The notes: generated by a model from the letters alone, not told the origin. DNA of 64,000 nt from an uncultured Acidobacteriaceae bacterium (GCA_963758485.1 CAVWVM010000005.1:121988-185987); one strand, 5' to 3'. Positions 16,850 to 27,263 are shown, counted from the first letter of the stretch. Translations and numbers: made by a program.

Positions 16850-16861
16850 AGGTCCTCCGTA

Positions 16862-18040
16862 TCAATTCAGATTTTCAAAAATTCCGGCCGCGCCCATGCC
16901 GCCGCCGACGCACATGGTGACCATACCGTAGCGAGCGTTGCGGCGCTTCATCTCGCGGATGATCGAGGCGGTCAGCTTGGCTCCGGTGCATCCCAGAGGA
17001 TGCCCGAGAGCGATTGCGCCGCCATTCGGGTTTACTTTTTCCGGGTCAAGGCCGGCCTCTTTAATTACGGCGAGAGATTGTGCGGCGAAGGCTTCGTTCA
17101 ACTCGAACACGTCGATATCGGAGAGCTTCAATCCCGCCATCTTGAGAGCTTTTGGAATTGCGAAGACTGGGCCGAGTCCCATCTCTTCGGGCTTGTAGCC
17201 GGCGGTCGCGAAGGAAACGTAGCGCGCCAGCGGCGTGATACCGAGAGCCTTCGCGCGCTCGGCGGACATGACCACGGCTGCTGCGGCACCGTCGGACATC
17301 TGGGAGGAATTACCGGCGGTGACCGTTCCCTTTAAATGAAATGCCGGCTTCAAGGAGAGCAAGGCTTCGAGGGAAGTATCGGCCCGAGGACCTTCATCCA
17401 TTTTAAAAACAATTTCCTGCCGCTTCGGCTTCGAACCGTTAGGAGTGGTAAAACTCACCGGGACCGGGACAACTTCGTCATCGAACTTTCCTGCTTGAAT
17501 AGCAGCAAGGGCCTTCTGGTGACTTCGAAAAGAAAATTCATCGGCGGCCTCGCGGGTGATGCCGAAACGCTGGCCAACGCGTTCGGCGGTAAGACCCATG
17601 TTCAGGTAAGCGTCGGGATAATGATCGACGAGCCATGGATTCGGTGAAACCTTGTGACCGCCCATCGGGATCATCGACATCGACTCGGTGCCGCCGGCGA
17701 CAATCACTTCGGCGCCGCCGCTCATGATGCGCTCGGCGGCCATGGCGATGGATTGCAGACCGGAAGAGCAGAAGCGGTTGATGGTAAGTGCAGAAACTTC
17801 GACCGGCAAACCTGCACGCAGTGAGGCAATGCGCGCCACGTTCATTCCTTGCTCGGCCTCGGGCATAGCGCAGCCGAGTATGACGTCTTCAATTTCTTTC
17901 ACGTCGAGTTGGAGGAGGCGGTCGAGCGCGCCTTTGATGGCGATGGCGGCAAGTTCGTCGGGGCGAGTTGCACGGAGCGTGCCCTTGAAGGCGCGGCCTA
18001 CGGGGGTGCGGACGGAGGAGGCTATGATGACTTCACGCAT
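16862..18040 (-). CDS. Acetyl-CoA C-acyltransferase (thiolase)
   Basis: [11 protein letters not shown] (active-site Cys), [24 protein letters not shown]. Confidence 0.9.
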   Translation of the reverse strand: MREVIIASSVRTPVGRAFKGTLRATRPDELAAIAIKGALDRLLQLDVKEIEDVILGCAMPEAEQGMNVARIASLRAGLPVEVSALTINRFCSSGLQSIAMAAERIMSGGAEVIVAGGTESMSMIPMGGHKVSPNPWLVDHYPDAYLNMGLTAERVGQRFGITREAADEFSFRSHQKALAAIQAGKFDDEVVPVPVSFTTPNGSKPKRQEIVFKMDEGPRADTSLEALLSLKPAFHLKGTVTAGNSSQMSDGAAAAVVMSAERAKALGITPLARYVSFATAGYKPEEMGLGPVFAIPKALKMAGLKLSDIDVFELNEAFAAQSLAVIKEAGLDPEKVNPNGGAIALGHPLGCTGAKLTASIIREMKRRNARYGMVTMCVGGGMGAAGIFENLN

Positions 18041-18088
18041 AAATTTCTCTCGATCTAGTCGTTCGATGCGGTAGCGTGTGCATGCGCT

Positions 18089-18634
18089 TCATTTGGCAGG
18101 GGCGTAGAAATAATAGTCGGCAGCGTAACTGCTCTTGGTTTCGGCATTGACGTGAGAAGCATCGCAACCGGTGGCTGGAGGTTGGCCGCCGTGCGTGTGA
18201 ACTCGCTGAATGGCCGTCACGTTGGTGAGTTGGCCACTTCCCGCATGGCTGACCACATTCACAAGCAGCCACGGGATCGAATCGGGGTCAAGCGAATCGA
18301 CATGGGCGGCAGCTTTGCCGGTGACTTCGCTTCCGTCAGTCAACTTCCAGGTAGGGCCGATGGAATGATGTCCGATCACTTTATCTTTACGATCGTGCAA
18401 ATCGGCGTCTGGCCCTTTCAGCGTCCAGGAGAATTTTCCGTCGGATGCGGACTGGCAGATATAGATCTGTGATCCGGTGGCGTGCGCATAGACCGCAACC
18501 TCCAGTCCCGCTGGCACCTGAATCGCGTCCGGCACATCGGGCGGCGGTTCCTTCTGGGGAGGAGTTTGTCCTTTAGCGAGCGAAGCTAAGAGCAATAGAG
18601 ATGTAGAAATAGCAGCCGAGACTGGTTTTTTCAT
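18089..18634 (-). CDS. DUF3455-like secreted protein
   Basis: Signal peptide. GSQIYICQ...W..KGPDADL...IGHH..GPTW...DGS.V.G...IPWLLV...G.GQLTNVTAIQRVHTHGG..P...C....Y.ADYYFY pattern. Confidence 0.65.
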   Translation of the reverse strand: MKKPVSAAISTSLLLLASLAKGQTPPQKEPPPDVPDAIQVPAGLEVAVYAHATGSQIYICQSASDGKFSWTLKGPDADLHDRKDKVIGHHSIGPTWKLTDGSEVTGKAAAHVDSLDPDSIPWLLVNVVSHAGSGQLTNVTAIQRVHTHGGQPPATGCDASHVNAETKSSYAADYYFYAPAK

Positions 18635-18674
18635 CGACCTATTGTAGCGCTGGCGCCGCAGAAGTTTTACCTAG

Positions 18675-18708
18675 CAAAAAGGCAAAGGCGCTCCGGCGAG
18701 CGCCTTTG
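18675..18708 (-). terminator. Rho-independent terminator after the fasciclin gene
   Basis: Minus strand reads CAAAGGCGCTC-GCCG-GAGCGCCTTTG followed by CCTTTTTGC. Confidence 0.7.
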
Positions 18709-18726
18709 TCGAAGCTGCGAACGTGA

Positions 18727-19275
18727 TTACGGCATTAGAACGCTGTCGATCACGTGGATGACGCCGTTCGATTGCATTACGTTCGGAATGGTGACCGTCG
18801 CGGTACCACCCTTCGCATCTTTCAGGACGATGCTGCTTCCTTGCATCATGGCCTGAAGTTTTTCGCCCTGAACCGTGGTGAGTTCCGCGGTTCCGTGTCC
18901 CTCTTTGATTTTCTTTTTGAGGTCATTCGAGGACATTTTGCCGGAGACCACGTGGTACGTGAGAACCTTGGTCAACTGGTCTTTGTTTTCCGGCTTCAGA
19001 AGCGTATCCACGGTGCCGGCCGGCAACTTGGCGAAGGCTTCATTGGTAGGCGCAAAAACGGTGAAGGGCCCCGGACCCTCGAGGGTATCGACCAATCCGG
19101 CGGCCTTTACGGCGGCGACAAGGGTTGTGTGATCGTTAGAGTTGAGTGCATTCTCGACGATGTTTTTCTGCGGCGACATATCGTGCCCACCAACCATTGG
19201 GTTTTGGGCAAAACCTAATCCTGCGAAAGCCATCGCAAACACTGCTAGCAGAACTGCTATTGTGCGGTTTTTCAT
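18727..19275 (-). CDS. Fasciclin (FAS1) domain protein, secreted
   Basis: Signal peptide. TLVAAVKAAGLVDTLEGPGPFTVFAPTNEAF..L......L......L..VLTYHVV. Confidence 0.85.
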   Translation of the reverse strand: MKNRTIAVLLAVFAMAFAGLGFAQNPMVGGHDMSPQKNIVENALNSNDHTTLVAAVKAAGLVDTLEGPGPFTVFAPTNEAFAKLPAGTVDTLLKPENKDQLTKVLTYHVVSGKMSSNDLKKKIKEGHGTAELTTVQGEKLQAMMQGSSIVLKDAKGGTATVTIPNVMQSNGVIHVIDSVLMP

Positions 19276-19531
19276 TGTTTAGTTCCCTTTCAATTGTTGC
19301 TGTCTCGGAAGATGTACGGGAGGATCTGCATTTTGGATTGAGATCAGCGGGACCCATCAGGTAATTCTGGAACTATTTTTCTTTCAAAGAAAATGTGATG
19401 GGATTGTTTGACGCAGAATATTTGCTGGGGATGATCGAAGCTCGGGGACAGCCTTCGCTTTACCCGGAGATGTTTGCATTACTCGCAAAATGGGGATAAG
19501 CCATGGACTTTGGCGAGCGCAAAGGGCGTTT

Positions 19532-21988
19532 CTAATTTCGCAAGGTCTTACCTGTCTTCAGTGTGTACTGAATTCTCTCCTGAGTTTTTTTCTCGCCACA
19601 CAATGATTTGAATCCTTCGCGTTCGAGGTCGAGAATGTATTGTTCGCTGACCGGAGTGCCCGGAGTAACATAGCCGCCGCATAAGACTTCGGCAATTTTG
19701 CCGCCCAGTTTCACTTCATAGTCGGTAATGTAGTCGCCCTGGCGCATGAGATGAACTCCCATCTTCAGTGTGGCGAGAAGACTTTCGCCAGGGGCGGGAA
19801 TGTCGGTTCGCGGAACGGGGGCTTCATAGCCGGCACGGGCAAGCTCAAGGGCGCGAGCTTTCGCGTCAGAAAGAACACGCTCGCGATTCATCGTAATGCG
19901 ATCGCTGTCCGTTAAGAATCCAAAGGAGCGCGCTTCGTGGGCCGAGGTGGCGACTTTGGCGGTAGCGATGGTTTCAAATGCACGCTTCATGGCCTCCAGC
20001 ATCTCGATGGATCCTGCCAGGGCTTCGCCGGAACCTTTGCCACCGCGCGCGACCGTCGCGGTGTCGATTGCTCGAAGAAGCATTTCTTTGCAGCCTCCTC
20101 CGCCGGGAAGCAGACCGACCCCGACTTCAACGAGTCCGGTATAGAGTTCCGCGTGAGGCTGGCGGGCGGCGGCGTGTAGCGAGATCTCGGTCCCACCCCC
20201 CAGGCACAAGCCGAACGGCGCGGAGACGACGGGTTTTGGCGAAAACTTGATGGCTTGCGTCATGCCCTGAAATTGACGGATGGCGAGATCGACGTCATCC
20301 CACTCTTCTTCCTGGACGCTCATCAGCAGCAGCATAAGATTCGCGCCGACCGAGAAATTGACGGCGTCATTGGTGATGACAAAGGCTTCGAAATTGTCAC
20401 CGGGACCGCCGGGCTTGAGAGTCTGCAAGATCAGGCTGATGATATCGGCGCCGAGTGAGTTCATCTTGCTGTGGAATTCAATGCAGCCCACGCCATCGCC
20501 CAGATCGACCAACGATGCGCCGGAGTTTTTCTTCACCACGCCGTTGGATTTTTTGGCGACGTTGACTGACCAGACCCCTTGCGGAACCTGCACCGGATCG
20601 AAGGCTTTGGTTGTCAGATCCCAAGCCTTACGACCGGAAGGGGATTTTGCGTCGTCGGTGTACCAAGTTTTCTGTCCGGAAGCGAGAAGCTTTTCGACAT
20701 TTGCTGCGACCGGCTTGCCTTCTTTCTTCATGCGCACGACCGTGGCTTCGACACCCGCAGCGTCCCATAGCTCAAAGGGACCAAGTTCCCAATTGAAGCC
20801 GAGCCGCATGGCGCGATCGATTTCAACGATCGAATCGGAAATTTCGGGAACGCGGTTCGCGGCATACGTCCACAGATCCGACAAGGCGGACCAGAGGAAG
20901 GCACCGGCTTTGTCGTTTTTTTGCGGGCCGCCACCATCGAGGCCGAGCAACATGCGCAGCCGCGCGCCGGTGTCTTCAATATTTTTGGCCATGTCGAGCT
21001 GGGCGAACTTTGGTTTTTGACGAGGATGGTATTCAAGGGTCTTCCAGTCGATGGCGAGTCGCTCGTCCTCTTTGCCGGGTTCGGCGGGCGAGGGCGCTCG
21101 CCCTACATTTTTCTTGTAGAAGCCGCCCTTGGTTTTGTCGCCTAGCCATTTGCGCTGCAGCATTTGGGAGAAAAAGTCGGGCAGGCGCAGGTCGCTGCGT
21201 TCGTCGTGCACGTTTGCCGTCATATTGCTCACGACGTGGCCGAGAATGTCCAAGCCAACCAAGTCGATGGTGCGGAAAGTCGCGGATTTCGGCCAGCCGA
21301 CGGCTTGTCCAGTGAGGGCGTCGACATCTTCAATGCTCAGGTCCATCTCCTGCATCAGGTGCATAACGTTTAGAACTGAGAACGTGCCGATGCGGTTCGC
21401 GATGAAGTTCGGCGTGTCTTTCGCGATCACGACACCCTTGCCGAGGCGCACATCGCAGAAGTGCGCGATGGCGTCGATGGCTGCGCGGTCAGCTTCCGGA
21501 GTGGGAATGAGCTCCAGCAGCCGCATGTAACGAGGAGGATTGAAAAAGTGGGTTCCGAACCAAAACCGGCGAAAGTCGTCGGAGAAACCTTCTGCAATTT
21601 TGCCCACGGGCAATCCGCTGGTGTTGGTGGTGACGATGGTGCCGGGCTTGCGAATGGCTTCGACTTTGCGCAGCAGGGCACGCTTGAGTTCGAGGTTTTC
21701 TACCACGGCTTCGATGATCCAATCGACTTCTGCGAGTTTCTTCAGATCATCTTCGAAATTTCCAACGGTGACGAAGCGGGCGAGCGAGGGCTCCATAAAA
21801 GCGGCGGGCTTGGATTTTCGAGCAGCCTCGAGACCGGCAGCGGCAATTTTATTTCGTGCGGGCGCATCGGCATCCGGTGGAACGATATCGAGCAAGTAAC
21901 TGGGAACACCTGCGTTGGCGAAGTGTGCGGCGATACGAGCGCCCATGGTGCCTGCGCCGAGAACAGCAACTTTATGAATCCGTTTCAT
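19532..21988 (-). CDS. 3-hydroxyacyl-CoA dehydrogenase / enoyl-CoA hydratase fusion (FadB-like)
   Basis: 818 aa. N-terminal Rossmann VAVLGAGTMGARIAAHFA. 3HCDH blocks. C-terminal crotonase-like region (GLCLGGGTEISL). Confidence 0.85.
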   Translation of the reverse strand: MKRIHKVAVLGAGTMGARIAAHFANAGVPSYLLDIVPPDADAPARNKIAAAGLEAARKSKPAAFMEPSLARFVTVGNFEDDLKKLAEVDWIIEAVVENLELKRALLRKVEAIRKPGTIVTTNTSGLPVGKIAEGFSDDFRRFWFGTHFFNPPRYMRLLELIPTPEADRAAIDAIAHFCDVRLGKGVVIAKDTPNFIANRIGTFSVLNVMHLMQEMDLSIEDVDALTGQAVGWPKSATFRTIDLVGLDILGHVVSNMTANVHDERSDLRLPDFFSQMLQRKWLGDKTKGGFYKKNVGRAPSPAEPGKEDERLAIDWKTLEYHPRQKPKFAQLDMAKNIEDTGARLRMLLGLDGGGPQKNDKAGAFLWSALSDLWTYAANRVPEISDSIVEIDRAMRLGFNWELGPFELWDAAGVEATVVRMKKEGKPVAANVEKLLASGQKTWYTDDAKSPSGRKAWDLTTKAFDPVQVPQGVWSVNVAKKSNGVVKKNSGASLVDLGDGVGCIEFHSKMNSLGADIISLILQTLKPGGPGDNFEAFVITNDAVNFSVGANLMLLLMSVQEEEWDDVDLAIRQFQGMTQAIKFSPKPVVSAPFGLCLGGGTEISLHAAARQPHAELYTGLVEVGVGLLPGGGGCKEMLLRAIDTATVARGGKGSGEALAGSIEMLEAMKRAFETIATAKVATSAHEARSFGFLTDSDRITMNRERVLSDAKARALELARAGYEAPVPRTDIPAPGESLLATLKMGVHLMRQGDYITDYEVKLGGKIAEVLCGGYVTPGTPVSEQYILDLEREGFKSLCGEKKTQERIQYTLKTGKTLRN

Positions 21989-22051
21989 GACTTGCCTCGG
22001 AAAACGTTGTACAGATTTTGAAGGAGAAGACAGAGTCGTTCAAGATTGTGC

Positions 22052-22498
22052 CTATGGCAGTTTATCCACCGCCCAGTCATTGTGGCCAGTGTCCACAATC
22101 ACAATGCTGGAGAAGCGACGGTAGGGATGGCTGTTCTTCGAGCGGGTGCTTACCAGGACGATAGGGAATTCATATCGTCCCCGCTTCAGTTGCTTTCCAC
22201 GTCCCACTTCATAGGCTGAAATGGTGGAAGAGAAAAATGCGTCGAGCCCATCGGCTGCGGCCTTTTGTTTAGCGCGATTCGTCAAGAGAGCCATTCCGTT
22301 TTCGATGTCGCCCGACTGCAAGGCTTGAAGGAAATGGTCGGCGGCGGCCAGAGCGGGAACGTAACTGTCATCGAGAGCGGGCGCAGACGTGACTTTCGCA
22401 ATCAGTGGAGATGATAGAAGTGCAATGCAAAGAAACATGATGGATGAGAACACAACTCTTGAAAATCGCGAGTGGGATCTGAAAAACGCACGCGCCAT
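22052..22498 (-). CDS. Hypothetical secreted protein
   Basis: ATG at 22498 gives MARAFFRSHSRFSRVVFSSIMFLCIALLSSPLIA (signal-like). No family recognised. Confidence 0.5.
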   Translation of the reverse strand: MARAFFRSHSRFSRVVFSSIMFLCIALLSSPLIAKVTSAPALDDSYVPALAAADHFLQALQSGDIENGMALLTNRAKQKAAADGLDAFFSSTISAYEVGRGKQLKRGRYEFPIVLVSTRSKNSHPYRRFSSIVIVDTGHNDWAVDKLP

Positions 22499-22572
22499 TC
22501 TTGTTCGCCGGCAAAGTGACATGGAAAGATTATGGAGGATCATCAGAGAAAGAGAAATATAAGGACAAACTT

Positions 22573-23094
22573 CTAGAGTTCTGGATGTTCCAGCACATAC
22601 TGGTGGGCGCGCTTCGCCATCTGTTTTTCGCCCTTATAGGCCAGCAGTTTTGCACCATCCTCAAGGGGAATCCAGCGCGCTCGGGCGACTTCGACTCGCA
22701 TCTCGGGGGTGATCTGATCAATGCGCCCGGAAACATAACGCATCAGGTAAAAGCTGACGATCTTGAAGACTCGCTGGCGGTCGCCCCAACTTCTGGTGTA
22801 AACGTACTTGATGTCGGCCAATTTCGCGATTTCTTCCGCGACCACGCCGGTTTCTTCATGCACTTCGCGGAGTGCAGTTGCCAGAGGTTTTTCACCGGGA
22901 TCGACCAGGCCTTTGGGGAGAGCTAATACACTCTTTTTCCGCTTCAGCGTTTTAGCCGCTGAATCCGGTTCGCCGTCTTTATCTTTTTTCGCCGGCTCCG
23001 TGGTTGGCTCTCCGGCGGGTTCAATTGCAGCCATCCACCAGGTTCCCTCGCGCTGCCGAACGACCACACCACCCGCCGAAATTTCCCGTACCAT
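22573..23094 (-). CDS. NUDIX hydrolase
   Basis: Nudix box GLVDPGEKPLATALREVHEETGV. Confidence 0.85.
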   Translation of the reverse strand: MVREISAGGVVVRQREGTWWMAAIEPAGEPTTEPAKKDKDGEPDSAAKTLKRKKSVLALPKGLVDPGEKPLATALREVHEETGVVAEEIAKLADIKYVYTRSWGDRQRVFKIVSFYLMRYVSGRIDQITPEMRVEVARARWIPLEDGAKLLAYKGEKQMAKRAHQYVLEHPEL

Positions 23095-23305
23095 GTCTGT
23101 AACTTAGCAGAGGGACGTGGGTTAGTCACGACGGGGGTTGAATCGGGGGGCGTGAAGGCCTTTGGCTACAGTATCTTCCCTTAGCGAAATAACGTATTAA
23201 TGGCACGATCGGGCCCTGCAGCTAAAGGTGCGGCTATGGCATCTTAGGATTAGTTGAAGTGGCGCTTTAACGTGGGTGGCCGTAGTCCGGCAAGTGGGGT
23301 AAGCG

Positions 23306-24226
23306 GTGAAACGTCTTGGCAGGATCGTTCGTTCTGCTCAAGCTTTTGGGCGCAAGCTCTCGCGCAAGGCGGGTGTTCCTGAGCCTCGAATTCCTGCAAT
23401 TGGACTGGCACTTGGCGGCGGGTTTGCCCGCGGGATGGCCCACATCGGCGTGCTGAAGGTCCTCGAAGAAGAAAATATTCCAGTCAGCATCGTTGCCGGA
23501 ACCAGCGTCGGAGCACTGATCGGGGCGTTGTACTGTGGTGGTCTTTCTTCCGCCGAGCTCGAGGATGTTTCGCGCTCCTGCCGTTTTACCACCTTTGCCC
23601 GCTGGACCGTGTCGCGATACGGTTTCGCTTCGAACGACCGTATGGTGTCGTTCCTGACGCGTTCTTTAAAGGTTAAGAGCTTTGAAGAATTGCGGATCCC
23701 TCTCGGCGTGACCGCGACTGACTTCAACACAGGACAGGGTGTCGTGTTTCATTCCGGATCGATCATCGATCCCGTGCGGGCCAGTTGCGCTTATCCCGGG
23801 ATGTTCTTGCCGGTAAACATCGGCGGGCGCTGGCTGGTCGACGGCATGCTTTCCCATCCGGTTCCGACGCGGCCCTTGCGCGAGATGGGTGCGGATCGTG
23901 TGCTGGCCATACATCTGAAAGGACAGTGGACGAAGGATGGAGCGCCTCGGCATCTTTTCGACGTGATTGGACAATCTTTTGCGATCGCGCAAGACATGAT
24001 GAGTCACCTATGGCGGGGCGCAGCCGATCTGGTGATCGAGCCGGACGTATCGGGTTTTGCGTATGACGATTTCAAACGCGCAGGAGAGTTAATCCGCTCG
24101 GGCGAAGTGGCGATGCGGCAAGCGCTGCCGGAAGTTCGGCGCTGGATGGAGGCGCCGGCGGAAACAGCCGTTTCGGCGAATCCACGTCCGCTGCTGGCGC
24201 GTCCGGCACCCATGACGGCGGACTGA
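23306..24226 (+). CDS. Patatin-like phospholipase
   Basis: GLALGGGFARG (oxyanion hole), GTSVGA (GxSxG), LVDGM (Asp dyad). GTG start. Confidence 0.85.
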   Translation: MKRLGRIVRSAQAFGRKLSRKAGVPEPRIPAIGLALGGGFARGMAHIGVLKVLEEENIPVSIVAGTSVGALIGALYCGGLSSAELEDVSRSCRFTTFARWTVSRYGFASNDRMVSFLTRSLKVKSFEELRIPLGVTATDFNTGQGVVFHSGSIIDPVRASCAYPGMFLPVNIGGRWLVDGMLSHPVPTRPLREMGADRVLAIHLKGQWTKDGAPRHLFDVIGQSFAIAQDMMSHLWRGAADLVIEPDVSGFAYDDFKRAGELIRSGEVAMRQALPEVRRWMEAPAETAVSANPRPLLARPAPMTAD

Positions 24227-24241
24227 CGATTTCGATTCCGA

Positions 24242-24749
24242 TTACGCGGCGCTTTTTCCTGGATTTTTGTCTGCTTCGATTTCCTTATCCTTCTGCTCGG
24301 GTCCCTTCAGGGCATCGTCTTTTTGCTTTGGTTCCTTTGAGGCTTCGTCTGATGGTGCAGATGGAGATTCCGCAGTCGCGCCAGCTCGCGATGTAGGCTT
24401 TTCATCTTGTTTGCCTGGTTTGCTCTGGCCGTTGTCCGTCGACTTGTCGGGTTGTTTGTCGGGCGGCGATGCTTGCTGAGTGTTTTCTGTCGCCTTCGGA
24501 GCCTGCTTGGCGGCATCTTGTTCCGCAGCCTTCATTGCGCCGGAAATCAGGTGGTCGACTCCTCACCCGCGCCGCGAGCCAGCGCACGCCGCTGGCGTTT
24601 CCGGCCTGCTCCAAATAAGGTTTAAATTCTTCATCGTTGACCAGACCTTTATCTTTCAAGAATTGAAGAACGGCCGTGCTTTGTGTGTCCAGCGCCTCGA
24701 GGGAAGAGAACAACGAATGAAGTACTTCCTGCACGATCTTCTCGTCCAT
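24242..24749 (-). pseudogene. Hypothetical protein with a low-complexity K/E/P/A tail, split by a frame change
   Basis: The N-terminal ORF (MDEKIVQEVLHSLFSSLEALDTQ...GVRWLAARVR) runs into Arg-rich out-of-frame sequence. The other frame continues VDHLISGAMKAAEQDAAKQAP... to stop 24242. The junction lies at about 24540-24565. Confidence 0.45.
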
Positions 24750-24836
24750 ATGCGACTCTCCTTAAAACGTTTGTTTGGATGCCCAAGAAATGAAAAACGC
24801 AGGCAGAATCGAGGCGGTTTTCACCAAGTTTTATTC

Positions 24837-24865
24837 TTGACTTGCCATTGAGGCTGATACATACT
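24837..24865 (+). promoter_or_regulatory. Candidate sigma70-type promoter upstream of the 25021 gene
   Basis: TTGACT-N17-CATACT, about 155 nt upstream of the ATG. Confidence 0.35.
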
Positions 24866-25020
24866 CCCTGCCTGCGTACCCCCACGCGGTAAGACCCGCC
24901 CAAAAATGATCGCCCTGGCATCCGATCTTTTCCGGTTGCAGCGACATTCTCATGCGGCGGAACCGACGCGAACGCTAGACGCGAATAGGTTTCGAGGTTG
25001 ATTTTCAGCGGAGGAGCCCC

Positions 25021-27219
25021 ATGTCATTCCGGAAGTTGATGCTTCTGCTCGTCTGTTTTAGCGCAGCCGCAGTGGAGCTAGCTTGTGGAGGTGGCTCAAA
25101 ATCGGGTTCGGGATCTTCCACCCCATCGGTTTCGATGTCGACGAAACCTCCTGCTTCCATGGGAGCTGGCATGAGCACAAGTCTGGTCGCCACGATTACC
25201 AGCGACCCGAAAAACTTAGGGGTCGTGTGGAGTTGTACCCCTGGCAACTCGGCGGCGACATGCGGCTCGTTCAGTCCGACAAATACGGTCACTACCACCT
25301 ATACAGCTCCACCGGTCTCAGCCAATGTGACGATCATTGTGACTTCCGTGGCGGATAGTGCAGTCAGTGCCAGCGCCTCCGTTACCGTGACCGAAAAGAG
25401 TACACCGACGATTGCCTTCACGACCGCGCCACCCGCGGGAGTGTTTACGGGCACAACCACGAACCTGACAGCCACGACGAGCGGCGATACCACCAACGGT
25501 GGCGTGACGTGGAACTGTTCGCCGGCTGGCACCTGCGGCTCATTTACGCCACAGTCGGGCACCAGCGCCACTTATACAGCGCCGCCGAGTGCGGGCGCCG
25601 TTATCATCACTGCAGCATTGACGAGTTATCCCAACATCTCGGTGAGCGCACCGGTCAACATCATTACGGCTCTGAACGGTTATTACGTCTTCTCGCTAAC
25701 AGGAACCAGCAAAAACCCCAATGCTCCGTCTACATTGCAGACCTACTCTGTTGCAGGCGTTTTTTACGTCACGGATGGGAACATCAAGAATGGCGAGCAG
25801 GATTCATTTAGCACGGGAGCTACGACTCCGGACCTCATTAATCCCAACGGAAGTACCTTTGGACTCACGGCGGACGGCCATCTGAGTATTCAGCTGCAAA
25901 CCTGCAGTGGAGGCGACTGCTCCGTCGCAGATACATCCGTCGGCGTAAACGGCGTCGAGACATTCGATGCGGCATTCCTTCCACTTAATCCAAACCGGGC
26001 AGTTCTTACGGAATTTGACTCTTCGGTGGCGGCTAGCGGGACTTTGGACTGGCACGATCCTTTTGTTTCCTTCGTTACTCCAACAAATGGATATGTCTTT
26101 CAGCTCAATGGATTATCCACCTTGACGAACTTCAGCGGCCCTATGTCGTTGGCGGGGGTGATCAATATCGATGGCAAGGGAACCATTTCTGGTACGGGCA
26201 GCATCTTCGATGCGTGCATCGCAGGCTCCGGTAACGAATTCCTCGCCCAGACGTTCGCTGCGGGTTCCAACACGGTCTCAGGCCCCGACACTTTCGGTCG
26301 TGTTTACTTCATCCTGAATCCGGGAAACGGGAGCAATGACCACTTCCCGCAGCAAATGATACTGGCCGGCTACATCGTGGATAGCAGTCATATTCGACTG
26401 GTGGAAATCAGCGATGCATTTGGCGGAATTCTTGGAGGGAGTGCGCTAGGTCAGGGGACGAGTACTGGAACATTCGGCTCAACGAACGTCAGTGGTCAAA
26501 GTTACGTGATCGGCTTAACCGGCGCTGACGTGAAGGGTGCAGCCCAACTGGCTGGAGTGCTCGTGTTTGACACCGACGGTACGGTCAGCGGCTTCGGAAA
26601 CTATAACGACCTAACGCCACCATCGCAGGGACCGAACCCGATAACGGCTGCGACCTATACCGTCGATGCTACCGGAAGGGTAACCATAACCGGCGTGAAC
26701 TCCACGCCGTTCAATGTGGGCACGAATACGATCGACTACCTGGAACTTTACCTGGACGGAAGCGGTCATGCCGTGGCGACGGTCTTAAATGGAACCGGCA
26801 ATGCGATTGGCGGCCTGGGTTATCAACAAACTCAGACCACGCCGTTCACTATTGCTTCGCTGAACGGAGCTTACGCGATCGATGCCACCGGCTGGGATCA
26901 TGGCGAGAGCGGCGAACTCGATGCAGTGGGTGCAGTCACGGCTACCGCGGGCAGCGCAACTTTCGCGGGATCGGCTGATCTGAACTGGCTGCTCAGCGCA
27001 AGTCCGACGGCGACGAACCTGCCACTGTCAGGAACCCTTAGCGCGAATGATGGCGAGGCAGCAAACGGGGTCTTTACGGGCACCATCACTGGCCTGGACG
27101 TTACCACTCCCGCCAACAAGGATCAATTCAGTTTCTTCCTGATCGACTCGAATGGAGACGCTATCGCGATTGAAACCGATGTGAACCAGTTGACGCTGGT
27201 GTCGTTCTTCCAGCAGTAG
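25021..27219 (+). CDS. Large secreted protein (possible lipoprotein) with N-terminal Ig-like repeats
   Basis: Signal MSFRKLMLLLVCFSAAAVELACGG. Two about 100-aa modules share ..W.C.P...CGSF.P......TYTAPP... Confidence 0.6.
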   Translation: MSFRKLMLLLVCFSAAAVELACGGGSKSGSGSSTPSVSMSTKPPASMGAGMSTSLVATITSDPKNLGVVWSCTPGNSAATCGSFSPTNTVTTTYTAPPVSANVTIIVTSVADSAVSASASVTVTEKSTPTIAFTTAPPAGVFTGTTTNLTATTSGDTTNGGVTWNCSPAGTCGSFTPQSGTSATYTAPPSAGAVIITAALTSYPNISVSAPVNIITALNGYYVFSLTGTSKNPNAPSTLQTYSVAGVFYVTDGNIKNGEQDSFSTGATTPDLINPNGSTFGLTADGHLSIQLQTCSGGDCSVADTSVGVNGVETFDAAFLPLNPNRAVLTEFDSSVAASGTLDWHDPFVSFVTPTNGYVFQLNGLSTLTNFSGPMSLAGVINIDGKGTISGTGSIFDACIAGSGNEFLAQTFAAGSNTVSGPDTFGRVYFILNPGNGSNDHFPQQMILAGYIVDSSHIRLVEISDAFGGILGGSALGQGTSTGTFGSTNVSGQSYVIGLTGADVKGAAQLAGVLVFDTDGTVSGFGNYNDLTPPSQGPNPITAATYTVDATGRVTITGVNSTPFNVGTNTIDYLELYLDGSGHAVATVLNGTGNAIGGLGYQQTQTTPFTIASLNGAYAIDATGWDHGESGELDAVGAVTATAGSATFAGSADLNWLLSASPTATNLPLSGTLSANDGEAANGVFTGTITGLDVTTPANKDQFSFFLIDSNGDAIAIETDVNQLTLVSFFQQ

Positions 27220-27263
27220 CTGGAGTAGCGAAATAATCTTGGCGGGAGCGTGGTCTTGGGACC

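Noticed and set aside
19398-19499. 33-aa ORF (MGLFDAEYLLGMIEARGQPSLYPEMFALLAKWG) in the 256-bp gap upstream of the fasciclin gene
   Set aside because: It has no SD and no recognisable family, and nothing distinguishes it from chance. It is worth a look only if ribosome profiling data exist.
23245-23262. TGGCAC hexamer in the NUDIX/patatin divergent region. Other TGGCAC hits lie at 34155, 35224, 45113 and 56630.
   Set aside because: No TTGC/TGCA element lies at the required N5 spacing. Most of the hits are inside coding sequence.
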